From Pseudothermotoga sp. (GTDB lineage Bacteria > Thermotogota > Thermotogae > Thermotogales > DSM-5069), in contig JBEPZZ010000062.1 of NCBI GenBank assembly GCA_041640575.1, forward strand, positions 1 through 10,629: a DNA stretch of 10,629 nt. The letters run 5' to 3'. The notes beneath the pieces are model-generated. The model made no database searches. It was given only the letters and a program-made list of their open reading frames with translations, and was not told where the DNA came from. This document shows, piece by piece, positions 1-10,629 of this stretch (position 1 is the first letter of the stretch; each line of letters opens with the position of its first letter). A program made the position numbers and the translations under genes.

Positions 1-1236
1 TCCATCAACAACTATCTTAATAGGTGGTGATTGCAAGAATGAATCGTCCATTGTTCCAGCTATAATTGCTTCACCAGGAACGACACTTCCTTCTTTTGGT
101 GTTGCTGGCAAAAGTTCTGGTTTTACTAAGGCCCAGTAGGCAAGTTTTGCCTGATAATAATCATCGAACAACAATGGCCAATTGTTTCTCCTAATGGGAT
201 ATCCTCTCAACCACGAATAGTCATCTTTCAAGCCCCAGAAAGTTACGTTGGTTATCACGTCACTATACTTTTTGTACACCTCAAAGAGTCTGTAATAAAA
301 GTTGGCTTGCTGAATGAGTAGTTCAGCTGGTGGGAAATCGTATTTTGTCGCATTATCTCGATAAATGTTCACATCAAGTTCGGTTATTTCAATAACTATG
401 CCAGGTATAGTTGCATACATCGCTATAGCCTGTTCTATCTGTTCGATACTTGTTCCAATGTTTATATGTTGTTGCATACCGATACCATGGATTGGTATGC
501 CTTTCTCTTTAAAACTCTTTACCATGTTGTATATGACATCTCTCTTCTTCTGATGATATTCGTTGTAATCGTTGTAGAATAACAACGCATCTGGATCCGC
601 TTCATGTGCAAACTTGAAAGCTAGCTCTATATACTCAGGCCCTATTATCTGATACCATAAACTTCTCCTTAACCCATCAGCTTGATTCTCATCCACCGCT
701 TCATTCACTACATCCCATGCATATACTTTCCCTTTGTAACGACCCACAACTGTATGAATATATTCCTTCATTCTTTCTATCATCGCTTCCTTCGACAACA
801 AATTGCCATTCTCATCCCTGAAAAACCATTCCGGTGTCTGACTGTGCCATACCAACGTGTGGCCTCTTACCACCATCCCATGCTTTTGTGCAAATTCTAT
901 ATACCTGTCTGCTGCTGTGAAATCATAGAAAATCTTGCCATCTGCTGTCCTTCTTAATATGCTCTCTGGCTTCATCTCGTTCTCCGCTGTCATGCTGTTG
1001 AAATGTCTAGTAATGAGTTCTATATCCTTCGCATTGTTAAATACACGCACAGGTAACGCTACGCCTATCCGAAATTGTTTTGAGAACGCTTCTTTTAGCG
1101 ATGGTATCTGTTCCAAAATCATGGACGATTCTCCTTTAGTTTGCCAAGAGGTTTTCTTTGATTGTTCTTTTGAGTTGTTGTCACAAGCTATAAGAAACAA
1201 AATTGTTGCAAGCAACACGATGCCAAGAAATTTCAT
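1..1236 (-). CDS. GH10 endo-1,4-beta-xylanase, predicted lipoprotein, followed by the start of a CBM9-like module (3'-truncated by window edge)
   Basis: Manual translation from ATG at 1236 (SD GAGGGGG at 1241-1247) is open for 412 codons to base 1: MKFLGIVLLATILFLIA-CDNNSK... GH10 motifs: TAENEMKP, RGHTLVWHSQTPEW, WDVVNEA (acid/base E179), LFYNDYN, GIGMQQH, ITELDV (nucleophile E286), VTFWGLKDDYSW, PLLFD. Tail PELLPATPKEGSVVPGEAIIAGTMDDSFLQSPPI resembles the GH10-CBM9 junction of Thermotoga XynA (from memory). Absent from the ORF track because no stop lies in the window. Confidence 0.96.
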   Translation of the reverse strand, partial: MKFLGIVLLATILFLIACDNNSKEQSKKTSWQTKGESSMILEQIPSLKEAFSKQFRIGVALPVRVFNNAKDIELITRHFNSMTAENEMKPESILRRTADGKIFYDFTAADRYIEFAQKHGMVVRGHTLVWHSQTPEWFFRDENGNLLSKEAMIERMKEYIHTVVGRYKGKVYAWDVVNEAVDENQADGLRRSLWYQIIGPEYIELAFKFAHEADPDALLFYNDYNEYHQKKRDVIYNMVKSFKEKGIPIHGIGMQQHINIGTSIEQIEQAIAMYATIPGIVIEITELDVNIYRDNATKYDFPPAELLIQQANFYYRLFEVYKKYSDVITNVTFWGLKDDYSWLRGYPIRRNNWPLLFDDYYQAKLAYWALVKPELLPATPKEGSVVPGEAIIAGTMDDSFLQSPPIKIVVDG

Positions 1237-1286
1237 AGAACCCCCTCGATGGTTGGCAGTAAATTAAGTGTCATTTCCATTAATAA

Positions 1287-1315
1287 ATCATAAAAAAATA
1301 ATTTGTTCTAGTCAA
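1287..1315 (-). promoter_or_regulatory. Sigma70/SigA-type promoter of the xylanase gene
   Basis: Minus strand reads TTGACT (1315-1310), 17-nt spacer, TATGAT (1292-1287); both hexamers 5/6 consensus, about 50 nt upstream of the ATG. Confidence 0.8.
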
Positions 1316-1325
1316 GAAGGAATTA
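1299..1325. promoter_or_regulatory. Candidate repressor operator (imperfect palindrome over the xylanase -35), possibly ROK-family/XylR type
   Basis: TAATTTGTTCT-AGTCA-AGAAGGAATTA: 9 of 11 positions in the arms are complementary, centred on the -35 box. The regulator identity is inference. Confidence 0.5.
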
Positions 1326-1616
1326 CAGTCATTACAAGCAAAATCCCAGGATGAATCGGATTTTCAATCTACATTTGCCACTTTTCTCTCAATTTCTTTC
1401 GTTTTCTTGTTTTTTCGCCAAAACCGTACAAAGATCAACAGTCAGCTTAGACTCTTTCAAAGATTTTTGTCCTTCCTTAAATTTGTTACATCGATGGTTG
1501 TCACGCTTGTTAACCAATTAACTGCTCATCTTCTTTGCAATCAGGCAAACATCGAACCTGTGACTTTCAAAGGGAGATTTCAAATGTTGGACTGATTGAA
1601 TCCTCTACCATTTGGT

Positions 1617-4961
<3,345 letters not shown>

Positions 4962-5022
4962 TTAGCCATAAACGTGAGAAAACACGGCAAGATCTTGAAT
5001 GAAATCCAACAAAGCAGACATG

Positions 5023-5052
5023 TTGACATGGTATGGGAGCAACTGATATAAT
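5023..5052 (+). promoter_or_regulatory. Consensus sigma70/SigA promoter of the GH42-ABC operon
   Basis: TTGACA (5023-5028), 18 nt, TATAAT (5047-5052), with extended -10 TG at 5044-5045. Confidence 0.88.
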
Positions 5053-5054
5053 TC

Positions 5055-5070
5055 ATTTGTACGTACATTA
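5055..5070. promoter_or_regulatory. Operator palindrome at the transcription start, AraR-like
   Basis: ATTTGTACGTACATTA contains the perfect palindrome TGTACGTACA (5058-5067) 5 nt after the -10 box; 13/16 match to the Bacillus subtilis AraR operator consensus ATTTGTACGTACAAAT. Confidence 0.7.
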
Positions 5071-5113
5071 TCAGACAATTGACTTTGGATTCAAGACCAG
5101 GGGGGCGCTTCTA

Positions 5114-6940
5114 ATGAGCATTTTCGGTGCTGATTACTATCCTGAGCACTGGGACACAGACAAATGGCCAGAGCACGTTAGGTTAATGAAACAGTTTGGA
5201 ATCGAATGGGTTCGCATTGGCGAGTTCGCTTGGGCCATTGTTGAACCAGATGAAGGAAAGTACGATTTTTCACTACTGGATAAAGCCATCGAGTTACTCA
5301 AGAAGAATGGCATAAAGATCATCCTCGGAACACCCACTGCAACACCTCCAATTTGGTTGGTTAATAAGTATCCTGAAATTCTGCCAGTTGACAAATACGG
5401 GAGAGTAAGAAATTTTGGAAGCAGAAGACATTATTGCTTTTCGAGCAAGGTCTACAGACAATATTCTCAAAAGATTGTGGAAGAATATGCAAAAAGATAT
5501 GGACAAGTTGTTGATGCTTGGCAAATAGACAATGAATTTGGTTGTCACGATACTTCCTTTTGTTACTGCGAAAATTGCAGAAAAAAGTTCATTGAATGGT
5601 TGAAGACAAAGTATAAAACAGTAGAAGAACTGAATTACAGATGGGGAAACAGATTTTGGAGTCAAATGCTTCGCAATTGGGATGATTTCGTATTCCCGAT
5701 AAATACTCCAACTTTTGAAAACCCACACATGCTCTTAGATTATATGAGATTCTGCACCGACAATATTGTTGAATACCAAAATATGCAGCTTGAGAACATC
5801 AGAAAATATTCCTCAGCACCAATCACCCACAACTTCATGGGTGATTTTTTTGACATAGATTACAAAAAACTTGCGAAAAACCTAGATTTCGTTTCCTGGG
5901 ACAATTACATGGGAATGGATCATTACCGAGCCGCAGCAAACCATGATTTAATGAGATCTTTGAAGAAAAAACCATTTCTGGTAATTGAACAACAGTCTGG
6001 AAGGGTCAATTGGCTAGCCAGCAACGAACAATATTCCAAAGGTTACATTGAACTTTGGATTAAACAAGCTTATTTGCATGGATCAATGGGTAGTTTGCTT
6101 TTTAGATTTGATCAGATCGGTTGGGGAGCAGAGCAATACCTTGGCGCTATGTTGGATTATGCAGGCAGACCAACTCATAGGTGTGAAGATTTCAAACGAG
6201 CGAAAGAAACCATTCATGACCAAATCGATCCTGTAAAAGAAGTCGCGATTTACTTTGATTATGAGAATGTTTGGATCCATAGGATAAATCATATAAATCA
6301 GTCTTTCAGATACTGGAATTCTTTGCTCGAGATATACAAAGCTGTCAGAAAACTTGGATACAACGTTGATTTTGTGTTTGAAGACGATGATATTGGTGAT
6401 TATCAACTTTTGATAGTTCCTTACGCATCAAAATTAGGTGGGTTTACTCAAAAAATAAAGTACTTTTCTAAACCAGTTATTATGACTTGTATGAGTGGTA
6501 TAAAGAACGACTATAATTGGCTTTGTGAGGAAATGCCAAATGATTTGACAGATTGTTTTGGTCTCGAGGTATTAGATTTCGGAGGAAACGAAACATCAGA
6601 AATCTTTTTTGATGGCGAGAAATTTGTCGGAAGGCACTGGTGTGATAGAGTAGCTGTAAGGGAAGCAGAAGTTCTAGCTGTCTTTACAAGTGGTCCTTTT
6701 ATTGGAGAAGCAGCAGTATGCAAGAAAGGTGAGAAATATTATATAGCTTCAGTGTTCGATGAAAGATTCTTTGCAAAAATGTTGACCAATTTCTTGAAAC
6801 CACGTTTTGCTAGTGATGACATTGAAATATGTAGAACTAAAAGTGGTTTCAAGGTTTTAAACTTGAAGAATTCCTTTAACGATTTTTGGATTGCAAATAA
6901 GAAGATTGTCCTCAATCCTTTTGAGGTTAGAGACATTTGA
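5114..6940 (+). CDS. GH42 family glycosidase (beta-galactosidase family; 608 aa)
   Basis: Start moved from 5033 (inside the promoter) to ATG 5114 after SD AGGGGGG. Motifs: GADYYPEHW, VRIGEFAW, LGTPTATPP, FGSRRHYCFSS, WQIDNEFGC (acid/base E141), Zn-cluster CYCENC, ITHNFM, SWDNY, VIEQQSG (nucleophile E292). No signal peptide. Confidence 0.94.
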   Translation: MSIFGADYYPEHWDTDKWPEHVRLMKQFGIEWVRIGEFAWAIVEPDEGKYDFSLLDKAIELLKKNGIKIILGTPTATPPIWLVNKYPEILPVDKYGRVRNFGSRRHYCFSSKVYRQYSQKIVEEYAKRYGQVVDAWQIDNEFGCHDTSFCYCENCRKKFIEWLKTKYKTVEELNYRWGNRFWSQMLRNWDDFVFPINTPTFENPHMLLDYMRFCTDNIVEYQNMQLENIRKYSSAPITHNFMGDFFDIDYKKLAKNLDFVSWDNYMGMDHYRAAANHDLMRSLKKKPFLVIEQQSGRVNWLASNEQYSKGYIELWIKQAYLHGSMGSLLFRFDQIGWGAEQYLGAMLDYAGRPTHRCEDFKRAKETIHDQIDPVKEVAIYFDYENVWIHRINHINQSFRYWNSLLEIYKAVRKLGYNVDFVFEDDDIGDYQLLIVPYASKLGGFTQKIKYFSKPVIMTCMSGIKNDYNWLCEEMPNDLTDCFGLEVLDFGGNETSEIFFDGEKFVGRHWCDRVAVREAEVLAVFTSGPFIGEAAVCKKGEKYYIASVFDERFFAKMLTNFLKPRFASDDIEICRTKSGFKVLNLKNSFNDFWIANKKIVLNPFEVRDI

Positions 6941-6968
6941 ACACATTCTTCGCGAGGGGGTGTTACAG

Positions 6969-8882
6969 GTGAAGAGATTTGTAGGTTTGCTGATGGTTTG
7001 CGTACTCCTGTTTGGCACCATGGTAGCAGTTGCTCAAGAGCTTCCACCTGGGATTCCCAGGGACAAGACTTTGATAATCCAATTCCTCTTTGCACCTATG
7101 CCAGTTCCAGGACATTTCAACCTCTGGGCCGGGTGGCGTGCACCGAACATGGGACTTCATCAATTCGCTACCGAAGCACTTTGGACGCTTAATCCAAACG
7201 TCGTAGAAGGTGGAATAATCAACGGACTTGCCGAGACTGGACCTATTTACAACGAAGACTTCACAAAACTGACAATCAAGCTGCGTAAAGGTATTTATTG
7301 GAGCGATGGGGTAGAGTTCACAGCCGATGACTTGGTCTATACAATAGAGCTTGCGAAGAAAACACCCGGTTTTGCTTATCATGGACAGATGCAGGAAGTA
7401 AAAAAAGTCTATGCGGCAGACAGATACACTGTTGTAGTGGAACTTGAGAAACCAAACACAAGATTCCACACTGCATTTTTGGAAAGATGGAACGCTTTAA
7501 GGCCTGTTCCAAAGCATATTTTCGAAAAAGTATCCGATCCAATGGCTTTCGATTTTAACCCACCGATTAGCATAGGCACATATGTTTATGCCGCGCATGA
7601 TCCGGCAGGATACTGGGTATTGTGGAAAAAGAGGGCTGACTGGCAAAGAACTGTTGCCGGAAAGTTGTTCGGAGAACCTGTACCTGAATATGTTTTGTTC
7701 ATTTCGTATGGGCCACCCGAAAAGACAATAATGGCTATGCTTAACAATCAACTTGACGTGGCACAAGGAACCGCCGAAATGATGCATACCTTGCTGTCAA
7801 GAAGTAAAACGACAAGATCTTACAGAGCAACTTGGCCATACATTGATCCAAGAGATATTTCTACGCGAGGTCCAAGTTTCAACCACTTAAAATATCCATA
7901 CAACATTAAGGATGTACGTTGGGCACTGGCATTGGCGATTGATCCTGTGGAAACGGTTATAATGGCTTACGACGGAATGGCAGCGTTAACACCAGGTCTG
8001 CCATTAGTTGTCAGCCAAACTTTCTACGAATGGTATTTCAAGAAGCTGGAGCCTTGGTTGGAGAATCTCACTCTAGACCTTGGAGGCGGAAAGACCTTCA
8101 AACCTTGGGATCCAACTGTACCGTTCAAAGTTCTAGAGTGGGCAAAGAAACAATACAAGGTTGATCTTGATCCGAAGAATGTAGACGCAGTAAGAATGGC
8201 ACTTGGCTACGGTTGGTGGAAATACTCACCAGAGGCTGCTGAAGCTTTGCTGAAAAAGCATGGATTTTCTCGTGGGCCGGATGGAAAATGGAGATTACCT
8301 GATGGAAAGCCTTGGAAAGTAACGATACTGAGTGGTACGGACGTAACAGCAATGGATTACATTGTCTGTACAGCAATAATTGAGCAGTGGAAGAAATTTG
8401 GAATCGATGCTGAATTCTTCATGACACCTGCTGCTGGACAACTTGGATGGGTAGGAGACTTCGAGGTCGGTTCGGTCAGTCACGGCCAATGGGCAGGTGA
8501 ACCTTGGGGATTGCATCCAGATTTGTACATGTGCTTCAACTCTATGAGAAGCAGTTTTGTAAAACCAGTTGGTGAACCCACTATGGGTTGGAACGGAAGA
8601 TGGTCTGACCCAAGAATGGACAAAATCATTGAAGAGCTTGAGAAGACACCATGGGATGATATTCAGAGAATAGTTGAACTTGGTCTTGAAGGGTTAAAAC
8701 TGGAAATTGAGGAGATGATTGCAATACCAATTATTAACTGTCCGATAGCCATTGTCTTCAACGAATACTATTGGACAAACTTTACCAGCCCAGATAATGA
8801 TTACGCACGTTCAGACGTATTCACAACTTGGCCAGAGCTTAAGTACATAATGCACAAGATGAAACCAACAGGTCGTAAATAA
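6969..8882 (+). CDS. ABC transporter substrate-binding protein, Opp/Dpp (SBP family 5) fold, probably oligosaccharide-binding (637 aa)
   Basis: True start GTG 6969 after SD GAGGGGGTG (6954-6962); signal peptide MKRFVGLLMVCVLLFGTMVAVA/QE (A-x-A SPase I site); family-5 signature LTIKLRKGIYWSDGVEFTADDLVYT, plus DVRWALALAID. Sugar specificity is inferred from context and from the known use of Opp-family SBPs for oligosaccharides in Thermotoga. Confidence 0.92.
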   Translation: MKRFVGLLMVCVLLFGTMVAVAQELPPGIPRDKTLIIQFLFAPMPVPGHFNLWAGWRAPNMGLHQFATEALWTLNPNVVEGGIINGLAETGPIYNEDFTKLTIKLRKGIYWSDGVEFTADDLVYTIELAKKTPGFAYHGQMQEVKKVYAADRYTVVVELEKPNTRFHTAFLERWNALRPVPKHIFEKVSDPMAFDFNPPISIGTYVYAAHDPAGYWVLWKKRADWQRTVAGKLFGEPVPEYVLFISYGPPEKTIMAMLNNQLDVAQGTAEMMHTLLSRSKTTRSYRATWPYIDPRDISTRGPSFNHLKYPYNIKDVRWALALAIDPVETVIMAYDGMAALTPGLPLVVSQTFYEWYFKKLEPWLENLTLDLGGGKTFKPWDPTVPFKVLEWAKKQYKVDLDPKNVDAVRMALGYGWWKYSPEAAEALLKKHGFSRGPDGKWRLPDGKPWKVTILSGTDVTAMDYIVCTAIIEQWKKFGIDAEFFMTPAAGQLGWVGDFEVGSVSHGQWAGEPWGLHPDLYMCFNSMRSSFVKPVGEPTMGWNGRWSDPRMDKIIEELEKTPWDDIQRIVELGLEGLKLEIEEMIAIPIINCPIAIVFNEYYWTNFTSPDNDYARSDVFTTWPELKYIMHKMKPTGRK

Positions 8883-8894
8883 TCATACCTTCCC

Positions 8895-8916
8895 GGGACA
8901 GCTTCTCGGCTGTCCC
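8895..8916 (+). other. Intra-operon GC-rich stem-loop after the SBP gene (mRNA stabiliser or leaky terminator)
   Basis: GGGACAGC-TTCTCG-GCTGTCCC, perfect 8-bp stem, 12 nt after the SBP stop; no U-tract follows (AGTTAAAG). Confidence 0.75.
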
Positions 8917-8952
8917 AGTTAAAGTTAAACCTTAAGTCAAAGGAGAGAGATC

Positions 8953-9960
8953 ATGAGATTTTTGAGAAGATATCTTCTTCCTAGACTTGCTCAGTACATA
9001 CTGGTAACCTTCCTTGGTTTAACTCTGATATTTTTCCTTCCACGCCTTATGCCAATAAATCCAATTCAAAGTGCGCTTGCGCAATATCAGTCGGCTGGTA
9101 TGTATATTCCACCAGAACAGCTGGAGAAAATGATTAAAACTCTCAAACAGCTTTACGGCTTGGAAGGTACCTTATGGCAACAATACCTTAGTTTCTGGAG
9201 TCGATTGTTCAGAGGTGATTTTGGGCCATCACTAGCTCAGTATCCAGCTTCTGTCATTGATCTTATTCGTAAACATTTGCCCTGGACTATTGGACTGCTT
9301 GTCCCTAGCACATTCATTTCGTGGCTGCTTGGAACAATAATTGGAGGTTTAGCTGGTTACAATTACAAAGCTCGCTGGACAAGAATTTTGGATAACATAT
9401 TTATGTTTATCAGACCAGTACCCTACTACATAATGGCATTTCTGCTCTTATTATTGCTGGCATACGTTATCCCAGTGTTTCCTCTCGGAGGAGGAGCCGG
9501 GATTACTCTAAAGGCATCGTTTGATTTGAAGAGTATTCTCAATATCTTGAGACATGCCTTTTTACCCGCACTTTCACTGATAATACTTGGGATAGCTGAA
9601 CATTTTCAGGCTATGAAATTGACTGTTCAGACTGTTCGTTCTGAAGATTACGTAACCTACGCTCAGGCAGCCGGTGTACAAAGGAGAAAAATAGCCTTCA
9701 AATACGTAATAAGGAATGCCATGCTTCCCAGGATAACTCACCTTGGCATGACGTTCGGGTATCTCTTCTCTGGTGCGCTTATAACTGAGATGGTTTTTGC
9801 ATATCCAGGAGTTGGTTGGTTACTCTACAATTCGATAACCCGCGCTGACTATAACTTGTTCATGGGTGTGAGCTCAATTTCATTGATCGTCATAACCACT
9901 TCGATATTGGTTATAGACTTAATTTATCCCCTTGTGGATCCAAGAATTAGATACAAATAA
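8953..9960 (+). CDS. ABC transporter permease, OppB/DppB type (335 aa)
   Basis: SD AAAGGAGAG upstream; N-terminal YLLPRLAQ..F.LPRLMP, LFRGDFGPS, several hydrophobic segments, EAA-loop EDYVTYAQAAGV..YVIRNA, GALITEMVFAYPGVG, DLIYPLVDPRIR. Confidence 0.95.
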   Translation: MRFLRRYLLPRLAQYILVTFLGLTLIFFLPRLMPINPIQSALAQYQSAGMYIPPEQLEKMIKTLKQLYGLEGTLWQQYLSFWSRLFRGDFGPSLAQYPASVIDLIRKHLPWTIGLLVPSTFISWLLGTIIGGLAGYNYKARWTRILDNIFMFIRPVPYYIMAFLLLLLLAYVIPVFPLGGGAGITLKASFDLKSILNILRHAFLPALSLIILGIAEHFQAMKLTVQTVRSEDYVTYAQAAGVQRRKIAFKYVIRNAMLPRITHLGMTFGYLFSGALITEMVFAYPGVGWLLYNSITRADYNLFMGVSSISLIVITTSILVIDLIYPLVDPRIRYK

Positions 9961-9977
9961 AGGAGGAAGATTGAGTT

Positions 9978-10629
9978 ATGAAATTGTTTTTAGATCTTTT
10001 GAGAGACTACAGATTTTCCGTTGGATTTGTGTTAATTTGCTTGCTTTTTGTTATTGCATTTTTATCCCTTTTCTCGCCTTATGATCCGGCTAGAACATAC
10101 CAAGTTAGAAGAGGATTGCCACCATCTTGGCAACATCTTCTCGGAACAACCTGGTTGGGCCAAGATGTTTTCTGGCAGCTTACTTTCGCGATAAGGAATT
10201 CTTTGCTCATAGCCTTTGTGGCTTCAATGATTTCGAGAATTATTGCAACTATATTCGGAATTGTTGCAGGCTATAAAGGGGGGATTTTCGACAGAGTAAT
10301 CACCAGCTTTGGGGATACAGTTATGACTTTGCCGATAATAGTTGTTTTGATAATAGTAGCTTCAATACTTCGAGATTGGATCAAGAACATGATTGCCCTG
10401 GGACTTTTGCTTGCGTTTTTTGCATGGCCATGGGATGCAAGAGTCATTCGCTCTCAAGTGCTAAGCCTTCGCGAGAGAGATTTCACCTTCACAGCCTTAC
10501 TCTCGGGTCTTAGCACATTTGAACTGGTCACGAAAGAGTATCTACCGCATTTGTTTCCAATAGTTTTCACAACCTTTATTAACAACATGTCTTGGGCAAT
10601 TGGGATGGAAGTAACCTTAGCTTACCTAG
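9978..10629 (+). CDS. ABC transporter permease, OppC/DppC type (3'-truncated by window edge)
   Basis: Manual translation from ATG 9978 (AGGAGG at 9961-9966): MKLFLDLLRDYRFSVGFVLICLLFVIAFLSLFSPYDP...PPSWQHLLGTTWLGQDVFWQL...GIVAGYKGGIFDRV...WPWDARVIRSQVLSLRERDFTFTALLSG...EYLPHL; open to the window end. Not in the ORF track. Confidence 0.94.
   Translation, partial: MKLFLDLLRDYRFSVGFVLICLLFVIAFLSLFSPYDPARTYQVRRGLPPSWQHLLGTTWLGQDVFWQLTFAIRNSLLIAFVASMISRIIATIFGIVAGYKGGIFDRVITSFGDTVMTLPIIVVLIIVASILRDWIKNMIALGLLLAFFAWPWDARVIRSQVLSLRERDFTFTALLSGLSTFELVTKEYLPHLFPIVFTTFINNMSWAIGMEVTLAYL

Noticed and set aside
365..1267. Plus-strand ORFs 365-553, 682-957, 935-1267
   Set aside because: Antisense shadows of the GH10 gene; no recognisable motifs.
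1340..1364. AAAATCC/GGATTTT hairpin as the lacZ terminator
   Set aside because: AT-rich 7-bp stem, 11-nt loop, about 250 bp from the stop; too weak to call.
1407..1595. 62-aa plus-strand ORF in the xylanase-lacZ spacer
   Set aside because: TTG start preceded by a pyrimidine tract with no SD and no recognisable domain; a small protein cannot be fully excluded.
4993..5096. 8-bp inverted repeat TCTTGAAT (4993-5000) / ATTCAAGA (5089-5096) bracketing the promoter, considered as an invertible switch
   Set aside because: Too short and AT-rich to exceed chance; no recombinase in the window.
5137..8516. Short minus-strand and alternate-frame ORFs within the GH42 and SBP genes
   Set aside because: They overlap well-supported CDSs and show no independent coding evidence.
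6969..10629. Literal annotation as an oligopeptide/nickel transporter
   Set aside because: The fold is Opp/Dpp, but co-transcription with a glycosidase and Thermotoga precedent favour oligosaccharides; no opp/dpp symbol assigned.

Overview
Bacterial sugar-utilisation locus of Thermotogales type (inferred from resemblance to Thermotoga proteins as I recall them; not database-verified). The minus strand carries a GH2 LacZ-type beta-galactosidase (1617-4898) and a GH10 endoxylanase (1236 to beyond the left edge). The xylanase is missing from the ORF track; it has a lipoprotein signal, no N-terminal CBM22s and the start of a CBM9-like module. The plus strand carries a divergent operon: a GH42 glycosidase (5114-6940), an Opp/Dpp-family (SBP family 5) sugar-binding protein (6969-8882) and two permeases (8953-9960; 9978 to beyond the right edge). 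Main points of interest: (i) an AraR-type palindrome (ATTTGTACGTACA) at the predicted transcription start of the GH42/ABC operon, with a 12-bp identical inverted copy inside lacZ; (ii) a His-to-Leu change at the GH42 galactose C6-OH binding position, which with (i) hints at an arabinose-controlled arabinopyranoside/arabinogalactan system rather than a lactose system; (iii) a strong internal in-frame start in the xylanase that could give anchored and soluble isoforms. No RNA genes, CRISPR arrays or mobile elements were seen.
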